From: a virus
Taxonomy: Duplodnaviria > Caudoviricetes
DNA length: 50,321 bases
Strand: one strand, 5' to 3'
IMG/VR virus record: IMGVR_UViG_3300030104_006563
Span: 1 to 50,321 of that record
Both the position numbers and the translations under genes were made by a program. The notes below the pieces were generated by a model. The model had not been told where the DNA came from. It saw only the letters and a program-made list of their open reading frames with translations, and ran no database searches. Shown here piece by piece: positions 1 through 13,700 of this stretch (position 1 is its first letter; every line of letters begins with the position of its first letter).

Positions 1-100
1 TGAGGCTGTAGCATTAATACAAAAAAGGAATGGATAATGGCTGATATATTTGATGATATAAATGAAAAAGGGCTTAATAAGAGAGATAGTCTTATAAAGG
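1..100. repeat. Terminal direct repeat (circular assembly overlap), copy 1
   Basis: Identical to 50222-50321 except position 99 (G vs A; AAG/AAA, both Lys). Confidence 0.97.
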
Positions 101-1701
101 ATATTAATAGTCAGTTATGGAAGCTTGATCCACAAAGCTTAAAAAACCAAGAAAGACAGGCTAGAAAAGATGAGCTTAAAAAGAAGAAAGACTTATATAA
201 TGCTGGTCAGCTTGTAGATGCTAACTCTGGTAGCTATATTGAAACAGTAAGTGAAGATGGCAGAACAAATAAAACTTTATGGGATGAGACAGATGAAGGC
301 AGAAATGCTTACAAGGTTCTAGGCAGAGATTTTTACACAGAGCAGTTGAATAAAGACAAGGTTGATACAGCTTGGGCAAATCGTGATAGAAATAAAGCTT
401 TAGCTGACTTTGAAGGTAGCCAGAAGATTTGGGAGACTAAGAATAAGAATAATTTAGCACTACTTACAAGTTATGATGATGATCTTAAGACCCTTATGAA
501 ACTACATGGTAAAACAGATAACGATGGTGTAAAGGCAGATTACTCAGATGAAATGTCTGAGCTTAGAACTAAGATGAACACATTAAGGTCTAAGGTATAT
601 AGCGATGCACCTGAATGGACATTTGACAATACTCAATCATCGACACCTCCTTCAAATTATAAAAGCAATCCATTTGGGACTTATGACAATACTCAGGTTA
701 CTGATTCTGGCGAAGACCCTGTAAATGAAAGTGTAGCAGTTGATCCAATAGATACAGAGGTTCAAGAAATTCCAAAAGAGACTGAGAAACCTTTTTACGA
801 TCCTAAATCTCCTAGAACAGCTAGGATGAAAACAAGGTTAATGAAAAAATATGAGTTTAAAGATCAGGGTGAATATGATGGTTTGCTTCAAAATTGGGAA
901 AATTCAAGAAAAAGCCCTGAGTTTAAAGAGCAGTATCCAACCTTTGAATCTATGTTAAAAGCTAGAGCCTCTGAAAAGCTTAATGTAAAAAATGAAGAAG
1001 CTTTAAAAAAGTTTAGGGCTGAAGATAAGGCTAGTAAAGATTTGAATGTAAAAATGGAAAAGACACGAAAAGAACAGGATGCTGAAAATAGGGCTAAAGA
1101 GAAAGCTGAAGAGGAAGCTAAAAAGGAAGCTAGTAAGAATTTGAATGTAGAAATGGAAAAAACACGAAAAGAACAGGATGTTAAAGATAAGGAAAATGAA
1201 GAGTTCTGGTCTGATCCTGAAATGGATGATGCAGACAAAAGGAGCACCCCTCAGAGAATAGAGCAAAACAAGGCGAAGATCAGGGCTAAGATGAAGGCTC
1301 AAAAAGAAGAAGGTGAAGCTGATAAGGTTAGACTTGCAAAAGAGGATGAGACTCGCACCAGAATGAATAAGCAGAAAAAAGAACAAGCTCAAAAATATGG
1401 ATTGCTTAGTCCTGAAGATACTATTGATCAGATAAAAAGTTTCAAATTCTCAGATACAGAAGCAGATGCAGTTGCAAAGATGTATGAAGAGCATAAAAGC
1501 AAAATGAAGGACAAGTCTTTACCTTTAAAAGAGTGGGTGGGACAAAATATTGATAGTGGAGATATAAAAAAGTATCTTAAAAAATACAAAGCAGACAAAC
1601 TCTCAGGATCGTATAAGATGAGAGAAAGGTTACTTGGTTCAAAGCTAAATCCTATGGAAGAAGCTAAAGCAAAGTTTCTACAAAAGAAGATAGGGAAATA
1701 A
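37..1701 (+). CDS. Putative internal virion/ejection protein, highly charged and helical
   Basis: Lies between a pilot-like gene (49623) and the giant gene, which is the usual podovirus ejection-protein position; K/E-rich coiled coil; function inferred from position. Confidence 0.6.
   Translation: MADIFDDINEKGLNKRDSLIKDINSQLWKLDPQSLKNQERQARKDELKKKKDLYNAGQLVDANSGSYIETVSEDGRTNKTLWDETDEGRNAYKVLGRDFYTEQLNKDKVDTAWANRDRNKALADFEGSQKIWETKNKNNLALLTSYDDDLKTLMKLHGKTDNDGVKADYSDEMSELRTKMNTLRSKVYSDAPEWTFDNTQSSTPPSNYKSNPFGTYDNTQVTDSGEDPVNESVAVDPIDTEVQEIPKETEKPFYDPKSPRTARMKTRLMKKYEFKDQGEYDGLLQNWENSRKSPEFKEQYPTFESMLKARASEKLNVKNEEALKKFRAEDKASKDLNVKMEKTRKEQDAENRAKEKAEEEAKKEASKNLNVEMEKTRKEQDVKDKENEEFWSDPEMDDADKRSTPQRIEQNKAKIRAKMKAQKEEGEADKVRLAKEDETRTRMNKQKKEQAQKYGLLSPEDTIDQIKSFKFSDTEADAVAKMYEEHKSKMKDKSLPLKEWVGQNIDSGDIKKYLKKYKADKLSGSYKMRERLLGSKLNPMEEAKAKFLQKKIGK
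1030..1180 (+). repeat. Intragenic ~52-bp imperfect direct repeat, 99 bp apart (ASKxLNVxMEKTRKEQD)
   Basis: GCTAGTAA...ACACGAAAAGAACAGGATG at 1030-1081 and 1129-1180. Confidence 0.9.
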
Positions 1702-1704
1702 TTA

Positions 1705-4700
1705 ATGAATAAAAACCTGATTGAAGTCCTTCATGGGAATTTGTCCTCTGATGGGTATCAGCTACCTGACATTGAAGAATTTAAAATTAACTTGCAAGAT
1801 GAGAATCTTAGACAATCTTTTTACAATAATTTAACCTCTGATGGTTACGATTTTGGTAGCTACGAAGATTTTAGTAACACAGTCGCACCCTCCTCACAAC
1901 CCACTAAACCCCTCCTACCATCTTCTGGGCAAGGGAATTTAGGTAGCTCTAATTCAAGCGAGGGGACTTTAAAATCCCCTCCTAACTTGTGGGAAGGTGT
2001 TAAAGAGTTTGGTAAAACAATTGGGTTTGGAATAGAAAGAGAGTCAGAAGACCCTTATAATTTTGAAACAGCCTACGAATATTATAATGCATTGCCAGAC
2101 TTTGTTAAAGAAGAACTTAAAGAGACAAGGTATGGTGCAGATACTTTAGGTGCTGGAGCTGGTACTGAAAGAGGGATGTCTGTAAGTTTTGGGGACAATG
2201 CTATAAGCTTTGCAAGTGCATTTGATCTACTTGGAGAAAAAGAACAGCCTGTACTTTTAGCTAATATAAATACATATATAAACGATAATACTCCTGTTGA
2301 TGTTAATAATCTAGATGACATTCTAGATGCATCTTATAACAAGGTTAAAAACTTGAGAAGCTCACAAGTAGCAATAGACCTCTTGGAAAAAAATAAAGCT
2401 TACCATGAAGAGCTAATGGATGGTAACATAAATAGATATGCTGTAAAGTCTCCAGATGGTAGCATGATTACAGATAAAGACATTGTTAAAAAGATGTTTA
2501 AGCAAGAGCTTACCGATGATGGCTTAAGTCCTTCTAGATGGGAAGAGTTTGAAGAAAAGGGTTTTAGAAAGTACGACCTGTCAACAGGTAAAACAATTAC
2601 ACCAGAAAAGTCAAATCCTATAAAAGCTGTATTCAAAGGTATTAGTAATTGGTACAATGCAGACGAGATTATTACAGAAAAAAAATTAACACTACAAAAT
2701 GACATTGCTGAATATAAAAGAATGCTTGATGCTGGTGAGCCTGTTAGCGATGCTATAGTTCAGGGTCTTGTCAATAGAGAAAAGGAACTTAGCGAAAAAG
2801 ATAATGCTGTAGATGTAAATGATGATATTAGAGATGATCTGTACAATAAGGGTGCTATAATAGAAGAAAATGGACAGGAATATGCCTTTTACAACAAAAA
2901 TACAGGAACTTGGTTCTATGATAACCTTGAAGAATTAAACAACCCTAAAGTCCCATTTTCAAAGGAATATAAAAGACCTCATTATATTCAAAAAATTAAC
3001 TTAACTGATAATCATATCGCAGAAGAAGATAGATTGTCTGCTGGTGAATTTTATACCAAAACACTTCCATCAAAAGAAGGTGCAAAGCTGATACCATTTG
3101 CTGGTCAAGGGTTTGAGCTTAGTGATGCTTATAAATTATATGATGTATCCATGAAGCTAAAGAATGATCAGGATATTGATGAAGAGGACTTGGTATGGGC
3201 TAAAGAATATGTAGATAAGTTAAATAGAGATAATAGTTTTGGATATGATTTCTGGAAAGGGGTAGCATCTTCAGGGCAGTTTATGGCAGAGCTATATTTT
3301 ACTGCTGGAGCATTTACTGCAACTAAAGAAGTTACAGAAGCTGGTTTAAAACAAGCTTTTGCTAAATGGCTTAAAGAGTCAGCAGAAGATCAAATTAATG
3401 TCAGATTGGCTAAACTTGGTGGAAAAACTTTTGCCTCATCATTAGGATTACTATCACAGACAACTGTAATGGGTGCTGGAAGATCAGTTTCAAAGACTCT
3501 TGGAAGACAGACTCCAGATGCAATAATTCAGGGCGATAGCGAAGAATATGAGATTGTTGTAGATGCAGATAGTGAAATAGAACCTTTATTTACATCTATA
3601 TGGAAAGGGTATGGTGAGCAATTAACTGAAAATCTTAGTGAAAGAGCTGGGACTAAGTTGATGCAGACATTAAAACTGCCTGTATCATTTGCTACTAAAA
3701 AGGGTCGTGCACAATCTGGATTAAAATTAAAAGAATACTTTGGCTTATTAACTAGCAAGGAAAGAGAAAAACTATCTAGAAAAGCATTAAAGAATGCTGT
3801 GCTTAAAAGCAATCCTGAACTAGGTGAAACTACAATAGAGAGTGCAACTAAGAAGTTTTTTAAGCAAAGTCAGGTTGGAACATTCTCTGAAGAATTATTA
3901 GAAGAGCAGTATGGGAAATTTATAAAAGACATCACAGGCATAGAGGAGTTTGTAGCACCTACTCCTGATGATGTTTTGCTGGAACTTTCTACCTTAGCAT
4001 TTCCACAGGCACTTAGAAAAAGTATAACTGAAGGTGGAAAAGGGTATAGGAAAGCAAAGGCTAAAAGTGATCTTATAAAAGATTTAGAACTAGACCTTGT
4101 TGATGATGCAGAGCTTATAGAGTCTATCACCATAGAAGATATTGAGCAAGGTGATCCAGCACAAGTTCAGCTTGTTCAGAATAAAAGCACAGGCAAGTGG
4201 ATCGTCTGGGTTAATGACTACAATGGAAGGCTTTTAGAAGATATTGACTTTGATACTGAAAATGATGCGAGAAAATCTTTTCAATATGCTGTAGATCAAA
4301 TATCTGAAAGTGCATTTGAACAGCAAAAGTTTAAAGAGCCTACTGAACCAAAAGCAGATAATATTGAAATAGCTATTGAAGAGCCAGATGAAGATGATTC
4401 ACCTGAGATTGAATCTGATATAGATTTTGACAAGCTAGAGGAAGAGCTTGATAATTCAGGGCTATGGGAATTAGAAGAAGAATTAACTAAAAAGTATAAA
4501 ATAGATGGCGATCTTTTTAATCAAAATACTATTTTTGAAGCAGATACTTGGGATGTTGAAAGATTTGAAGTAATAAGGGAAAATTATGACAAGCTTGATA
4601 ACAAAGACAAAGCAAGGCTTGACAAAGCATTAACTAAAGCTTCACAGGTTGAGTTAAAAGCATTTGAATCCTTTAAGAAAAATGATGAATCGCTTAAAGA

Positions 4701-7700
4701 TGTAAACTATGAAGATGCTCCAGAAATAGATGATTCTGTTGATAGTCTTGAAAACACAAGAGAATTAATTGGTGATGATGCTGAGGAAGATGCACAGCTT
4801 GTAAGAGATCAGAATATAACCAATGCAAATGCTTATAGGTTGGCTATCATAAAAGCTAATAATGGAAGTGATCCATTTGAAAGTCCTTCAGAGCATATTA
4901 AAATATTCAATGCTCTTGTTCTAGATGGTGTTACAGAAAAAGTAAAAGAAGATGAAGACCATGTTAAATTAGCAAAAATACTTTCAGATAAGGTTAATGC
5001 TCTTTATAGTATGGATGGAAATCTTCCTAATTATACTAATAACGATATAGAAGTTACCTTATCAGCTGACCTTAATACAGGAAATGTTGCTGGAGAACAA
5101 CAGCAAGGAGATGTAATGCTTGATTTTATTGGGAGCATGAAATCTGAAGGTAGAGGTAAGGGGAATGCATCTAAAGAGCTGGATAGAATTTTAGCTGAAG
5201 CAGACAAATTAGATATGTCCATGACTCTACTTGTCGATTCTGATGAAGCTACTAGAAATATATCTAAAACTGACGAAAGTGGATTTGGAAAAGGGCTCTC
5301 TGATGATGAGCTTATAACATGGTATAAGAAAAGAGGATTTCTTTTTGATCGTGGATCAAAATATGGTTACAGACCAAAAAAATCTAATAAAAAAGTTTTT
5401 GAAAAACAGTTTAATGACCATCAAAAAAACACCTCTATTACAATCCCACTTAAAGATATTGATCAAAATGATATAGAATTTTTATCTGATCCAAGTGTTT
5501 TAGACCCAAGCTTGTTAAAAGATGGGCAGATATACGAAGCTGGAAACAATAAGCTGTATTTATTTAAAGATGGATATGTAAAATTAATTACAAACCTGAA
5601 ACATGAAGTCAATATTGGAGATACTCCAGATGTTATTTCTGATGATAAAGGTAATTCTGTAAATTGGATATACCATAAAGATTCAGACAATAAAGTTATA
5701 CTAAAAGAAGGCAGTAAGGATATTTTTTACTCCATATCTCCTACAGGTGTCAAGATAGGAGGTAGCCTATTTACTCCAACTCAAAAGAAAAGATTAAATA
5801 AATTTATAGAGGAGAATCCAGAAAATCTTAAAGAGGATGGAATTTCAGATGGTAAGATGTTTTGGAAGCTTACTTTTGATGACAACACATTCTCTACAAT
5901 ACCCACCATAAGATTTAATGTTGAACGAAATAAAAAAGGAACTCCTGTTCTTACTCCTATAGAGCAATCAATTACTCCTACAGGTTTTGGATTAGTAAAT
6001 CAGGCAGATGGTACTAAGGTTGCACTTAAAGAGATTATGGATAGCCTTAAGGAGAAAGCAGATAAAAAGAAAGAGAGAGCTGAAAAGCTTGAAGCTTCCA
6101 AGCAAGAGTTGTTAGATAGATTTATAACTCCTAAAGTGAAACAGTATATTAAAGAAAATATAATGGTAACTCCTGAAGAAGCAAAAGAGGCTATTGAAGC
6201 TTGGAAAAAGAAACCTTCACCTAAAATGGGCTTGGGTGATAACGATGTAGAGATGGTAAGTCTTTTTCTTGCTCAAAATGATATCTCAGATAGCAAGTTT
6301 GACGAAGTAATAGAAAATGGCTTAGATAGTGTATATAAGCCAGAAGTTGCTGTAGAGGTTGAAAAGGTTGAGGGACAGCAGTTTGAATTAGGCACAGAAG
6401 TGTTTGGTGTTGCAAAATCAACTAAAAGCAATAAATCAGGCAAAGCTATTATTGATGGATACAATGAGGAACAGGATAAGTATTCATTCAAAGATCAGTA
6501 TTCAGGTAAGCCTATTAAGAAAAATGGAAATGTATTATGGCTCAAGGGAGATATAGTTGCAGAATCTGTTAAAGGCTTTGCTCAAAAAGAAGCTTTAAAA
6601 AAGTATAATGATAATATAAATACATTGCCAAAGGCAGTTCGGACTGATGCTAGGAAATCTGCTACAGAATTTAATGAGCTATTGCTTGAGAATGACAAGC
6701 TGGTTCTTGGCGATAACTATGATGATGTTGTATTTAAGGCTGGGAGTGATCAGTCAACATATTTGCGATATGATCTTTATTCACAGATAGCAAAGAACTT
6801 AAATTTACCTGATGATGTAGATTTAAATAATCCAGCAGAAAGATATAAAGCTCTTCCAAAACTAAAAGAGTGGATAAAGAATCCAACAGAAGTTAAAGTA
6901 GAGGATGATATTGCTTGGATGATGGATGAGCTTAATGTGGATGAAAGTGAATTAGATGATACATCAAAGTCAAGTCCTGTAATTGATAAAAAATTAAATC
7001 AAACAATTGAAGAGGTAGAGGATGAAATTGACCAAGACATTAAAGAAGAAAGTGATCAATTATCTAAAGGACAAGAAAAAGTCTCTAGCAAACAAAAGAA
7101 AGATGATAGGGATAGTCAAAAAGATGATGAAGGAAGATTAAAACAGCAGAAACCTAATAAGAAACCTCAGTTCCAGAGGGAGTTATTAAAAGATAATATA
7201 ACCATCCCCTCTAAAGGCAAGGATGGATTTGGAAGAGATATCCCTGATTGGAGAGGTGCAGAAGTATACCATTCTACCGATCTTGAAGGTTACGAGGATA
7301 TTACAAAAAATGGCTACAAGCTAGTCAGCGAAGGGTATTATGGTATGGCTGTATCATTTACCCCAAACCTACAATACTCAAAGCAATTTGGTGATAGAGT
7401 TACAGTTGGAAAACTTTCCAATGATATAAAAATATTAAACTTAAACGATCCAGCAGATTGGGAAACTTTTCAATCAATAACAGGAAGGAAAAGTGCTCAA
7501 GACTATCCTCAGCTTGTTTTGGATGCTGGTTATGATGGAGTGTATGATGTTGGTGCTGGTGACCTCTTTATCTATAACCCAAAGGTTGTAACTGCTAGGA
7601 AGACTCCACAAAAACAATACACAGTTCAAGGCAATCTTGTAGTGTTGCATAATTTTAGTTCTAGTAGGATTGAAGATGTTGAAATGCTTGGCGGACTACC

Positions 7701-10700
7701 TGTACCAAGTATTGCTATTACAGATAAAGAAATTCCTTTTAATAGTTTTGGGGATGTTACTTTGGTTGGGGACATGGATTTGATTAATCCAGAATCACCT
7801 TTAAACGAAGTATATGACTCTGATATATATTCTAAAACTGTTCCACTTAAACTATACGATGTTGATGAAAATGCTCTAAGCGATAGATTGCAAAAAATGA
7901 GAACAGCCTTTGAAACAGTAGATAGAAGGGTTAGCTCTCTTGATCCTTTAGGTGGAGCTGATCTATATAGAGTTCAAGGAGGTCTAGAGTTTTTCTTACA
8001 AGAAGCAAAATACAATAGAGGATTGCAATATCAATTCTTATTAGATCAAGGGATCAATATAAGGTTATTTAAAAGGAATGCTAGATTAATTAATCAATAT
8101 GCTGAAGCAACACCTTTAAGAAATTTTTTCCAGAAGTATCCAAACCTAACACAAAGTAATATAGAAATTGGATCAGAGGTTCATAGAGAGCTTACAGATG
8201 CAATAAAAAATTCTATAACTACATATTATACTAATAAAAATATCCAGAAAATACTTTTACAAGGGTTTAATGACAGGCTGGACAGTAAAGGGTTTTATGC
8301 AATTGGTAGTTTGGGACACTTTTTTACTGATAGTAAAAATGTAGGCAAGAAGGTTGTAGATACTGAAAGAGCTGAGAAATCTATTGAAAAGGCTTTAAAG
8401 AAAGTTGGCAACGACAAGTTCTATGGATGGGTCGAATCGACCTTTAGTCCATATTTCAGCAACCCTCATTTCAAAGATGGTAAGAGGAAAGTTGAATGGG
8501 ACATGGACAACATAGTTAACTACATGATGAAAGGGGGTACAACCTCTAGGCAAGAAGGTATGACCTACAGCTTTGGTCGAGCTAAATCTGATGCATCAAA
8601 GCGATTAAAAAGTCTTGATGAAATACGACAAGCAACTAAAAATCTAACCACAGCAAAGGGTATAAAGGATGAAAGGGAGTCTTTTAATGAACTGTTTAGT
8701 CCTGTATTTGATAGGGTAAATCCATATTATAAATGGGATAGCACTTGGGAGTCTATCGACAATTTAAATAGAGCTCTTGGTCAGTATAATAAGGGTAAAA
8801 GAAGAGGTGTAGATGCAATGAGGTCTGTGTTGAAAAGCAATGATTTTATTGATGTTCCCTCTGGTCTAATTGAAGATATAATTCCTCTTGCAGATATGAT
8901 GAGAAGATCGAAGATTCAGTATCTTGAGGCAAAACCACAAAGAGCTGTAAACCTGTCTGAGTTTAGATATGCGATTGTGCCCAAGAAAACATCAAGAAAG
9001 AAAGTTGATATACTTAGGAAAAATGGTGTTGTTGTAAAATATTACGATCCTAAAAAAGAGAATGATAGATCAAGGGTTCTCCAAAAATTAAAAAAAGTTC
9101 ATTTCCAAAAGAATAGTTATGTTGAAGATGTTACCTCCATTGCTGATAATGATTGGAACGAGAGTGCTGAGAATGTATTGACGAAGGCTGTAGGTGGTGC
9201 TAAAGTTGTTTATCTCTCAAATGAAGAGATGAATGAAGAAGTTAGGAAAAGAGAAGTTGATAGTCAAGATGATTTAGAATTGTTTCATGGTAGTCCTCAC
9301 AGATTTGATAAGTTTACATTGAACAAGATCGGAACAGGTGCTAATGAAAATGTAATGGGATGGGGATTGTATTTTACAAGTAGTGAAAGTCTTGCTAGGC
9401 ATTATGCTACCCATTTAACCAATGTGCTAGGTGGTGAAAGAAATCTATACAAGGTTACATTATATAAAGATAAAATAGCACCAGCTAAATATATTGCTCT
9501 AGGTAAAGAAGTCTTCTTAAGCAATCTTCCTAAAAATAAGCAAGATGATGATGGTAATGCATTGCCTGTTAAGAAATTTAAGTCTAAAGAAAGTGCTATA
9601 AAATGGGCAGAGAAAAACAATGAAGGTGAATACAATTGGTTGGATTCAGATAAAGCAGTAAAGAAGTTTCAATTAAAAAGACTCCAGAAGCATTGGAATA
9701 ACATAAAAGATAGCTACGATGAAATGGGTTCTGTCTTTAATGTAAATCAAATTGAGACATTAGATAAAACTTTATCTCAAACTAGCTGGAATACTCAATG
9801 GGGTTCTCGTAGCAAGTCTGGTGAAGCCTTGTACACAGAGATACAATCTGTTTTAGGATCAAGAGGAGCATCTAAGTTTTTACTTAATGCTGGTATTGAT
9901 GGAATAACTTTTATGCAATCTCAAACTTTAGACAATGCACCTAAAGGAAGGGTTTATGTAGTATTTGATGATACTGCTATCAAGATAGAAGAGAGAATAC
10001 AATTCCAAAAGACTACACCTGAAAAATTAAGGGTTGACCAAGTTGCTAAAAAGGTGGCTGGTAGAAAGGTTAGGGAGGCTGGAAGAGTTAGGGCTGGAAC
10101 AGTTCAAGGGCTATCTAATATTATGGATGTTCTTGCAGATGAGAATTTTGACTTTGAAGGCTCTTTTGAATGGTACAGGGATAAAGTATTTGGTGCTGTA
10201 GATATCGCCTCTATAGAACTACCAGAATTGCGAAACAATAGCTCTAAGCAAACTATATTTAAAGTATTAATGGGTATCACAAGTTTAGGAACAAAGGTTT
10301 CTCCTAATTATGACTACTCTGTATCTGCAATGAGATACTATTTAGATAATGGAAAGCTTGAAATTGCATTAAATGTTAATGGAAATAAAGTAATAAAGGC
10401 TAAAAATAAGTTTGACAAAGCTGTGACAGTTGGTGCTTTAAAGTCTAGTGCAGTTGGAACAAATGCATTAAAGCTTCAAAAGTTAATTGATGAGCTTGGA
10501 GAGGATGGAGCTGTTGATTGGCTAATGTCTACCCATACAGGTAAAGAGATAAATGAAAAGTTTGGTAAAAACTTTGGACATCTTAGAAAAGGGTATACTT
10601 ACTATGGAATGATGGCATTTGGTCAAAAGATAGGAAGATACATCTTAAATCTTGATGGAGTGCATGATGAAGCTGTATATGATCTTTGGTGGTCTAGGAC

Positions 10701-13700
10701 TTGGAACAGGTGGATGGGGACACCATTTAAAACAAACAAGTCTGGCAAGGTTGAAAAAGATAGTAAAGGTAGACCTGTAACTCAGGAGACTCCTAGAACT
10801 GTTGTAGAAGTTGATGTGATGGATGAGGTTGTAAACAACCTAGTTAAAGAGTTGTCTGATATGACAGGATTTAAGTGGAGTCCAGATCAGGTACAGGCAG
10901 TTCTTTGGTATTACGAAAAAGAGCTGTATATTAGGGAAGGCTCTGCACAGGAAGAAGGCACAAATTATAAAGACCAAGCAATAAGAAGAGCTAAGGAAAG
11001 GAATTATTATGAGCAGTTTACCACATCCAAAGATACTAAAGTCGCTGGAGGAACTAAAGGAGTCAGGGGTTCTGTCGAAGGAGAACAGACCCAAGATAAC
11101 AAAGGCGATCAAAAATCGGATAAAGGAACTAGAGAAGGAACAGGGCAAGAAGATTCTCAAGTAACACTATCTGGAGTACAGTTCCAAAGGCAACTATCCA
11201 AGCCTCAACAATGGGTAGATTATTTCCAAGAAACAACAGTTATCGATGACAAGGGAAACCCTCTTGTAGTTTACCATATTACAGACAATGTGTTTGATGA
11301 GTTTATTTATAAAGAAGGTGGATTCCATTTTGGTACTGAGGATATCCATGAATCTTTAAGGGCACTTAAGGGAAGTGAGCTCAATATTAAGATGGAAGGG
11401 TATTTAGATATTAGAAATCCTATTCGTTTAGATGATATGGGAAATTTTGATGCTCTAGATATAGCCAATAAACTTTTAGAGAAAAACATTCTTACTGAAG
11501 ATCAATGGTCTGATTTAGAAGGGAGATTAGTAGAGCCTTATGAATCTGATAACCCTGATTATCAAACTGAGGCGAGTAATATCTTAAATGATTTTCTATT
11601 AGATTTAGGCTATGATGGATTTGTTTATAAAAATTCTGGGGATACTTTTACCAATCAGCCAAAAATAATAGTTGATGCTAAAAACATGGTTGCATATGTA
11701 AGCACATTAAATACCCTATCTGTTATGGAAATAACTCCTAAAAAAGATGGCTCAAAAAATATGTTTGCATTCTACGATGGTTCAAATGTGTATGAGCCTG
11801 TAAAAGATTTAAGAAAAGATTTTACCAAAGAAGATTTAAAGAATATTAAAGGTTTACTTGATAATGGTTATGAGCCATTTAATCCTTATACAGGTAGCAA
11901 TCTTCCTGTTAGATATGATGATTTTGTAAATCCTAAAGCTTTAAAAGATTCTTGGATTGCATTTAAGTCTAGTCAGTTTAAGCTAACCTCAAATCAACAT
12001 CCTACTACCGATCCTAAAGTTCAATATCAAGGACAGGAAGAAGGCTCTGTGCTTGGATTCTTCGATCAGGAATCTGGAACAATATATATAAATAAAGACA
12101 AGGCTACGAAGGACACTATATTCCATGAGTTTACTCATCCATATATTAATTGGATAAGAGAGAACGATAGTGAAAGGTATAATGAGGGGATTGAACTTAT
12201 CAAGCAATCTCCCTATCTAGACATGGTGAAAATGTCCCAGCCTAGTCTTTCCCCAGCAGAGATGTTGGATGAAGCCTTAGTTCAAGCGATAGGTGAACAG
12301 GGTGCTCGTATTAAAAATGCTAAAGATAAAAACAAATTCTTAGCATGGATTAAAAAATTATTCATGCAGTTTAAAAGAGCTATTAAGAAGTTTACAGGAG
12401 AAAAGTTAACCTTAGATGAATTTACAGATAGTGTGGCTCAAAGCTTACAGGCTGGTAAAGAATTATTTGAATTAGAATCTAAAGCTGGAGATGTGCAATA
12501 TGAATCAGGGGATGCTCCTGTTTTTTACAGTTCAACTAGAACAGTTATAGCAGATAAGTTTCCAGAAAAAATGAAAAAGGTTAGTGTTAAAAATTGGTTA
12601 AAAAGAAATCAAATAAAGCAAGAGGAAATTGATTGGCTTGATCTAGATACAATATTTGATAATGATAAAAATCAATATATATCAAAAGGTGAATTGTATA
12701 GCTGGGTTACTGTAAATGAAATTAATGTTGAAACTGTTATGAAGGGTTATAACCCTAACATGGTGGAAGCTGTAGAATTATTTATGGAAAATCATGGGCA
12801 TACACTTGAGAAAATAAAGAAGTTGCAAAGAGATGATGTGAACTTTGAGCCTGTAGAAATTGGTGCAAATGGAAACCCTATATCTTATATAGATAAAAAA
12901 ACAGGTGCAGAACTTAGTGGTAGTTTCTCTAGGCAAAATTTAGAATGGGGTTGGTCAGCTTTTCGGAATCTAGTAGGGCAGAAGGTTATGTTTGATCATT
13001 TGCCTGTAAGAGAAAATATAGACAATCTTATTGAGTATCTTGAAAGTAAGAAGTTTGAGAATTTTGTGATTGGCTCAAGTGACGATCTTGATAGTGGTGC
13101 TGAATTTCTGAAAGATGATGGGGATATAATATTTCATGGTTATAATTATTATGGTGATGGAGAAAATCTAAATATAAGTCTGTCTGATTTAAAGAAAACA
13201 ATTTCTCAATATGATGAGCTAGTAGAATCTAGGAGTAAAAATCCACTATCCGTAAGAGATTCTTATTTCAATCAAATCAAGGCAGAATATAAAGAATTAA
13301 TGAGCTTCGTGTATAATGTTAAATATACTAATGTAAGAGTGAATTGGATGAGTAGAACTTGGTCTGCTGTAGTGCCTTATGTGGATAATCTGGAAGATGG
13401 TGTAATTAAGAAAACCCAAATAAGAAGTAAAATTACAAGCTTAAAGAGGGCAGAGGATGTTGTTAATGATTATTATAGAATAGGCACAAAGCTTGATAAG
13501 AGTAGTGTAGGGTCACCAAGTTCTGATTTTAGTTTACTGCTAGGGAGATATGAACCCTTTTATGATTTTAAAGATGATGCATTTATAGATGATGTTACAA
13601 ATATGGAAATAGACCTTAATTATGATATTCATAATAGGCATAGTAATCAAAAACCAAGGCATGAGGGGTATGTTCAGGGTGGTGCTAGTGATGACTATAC

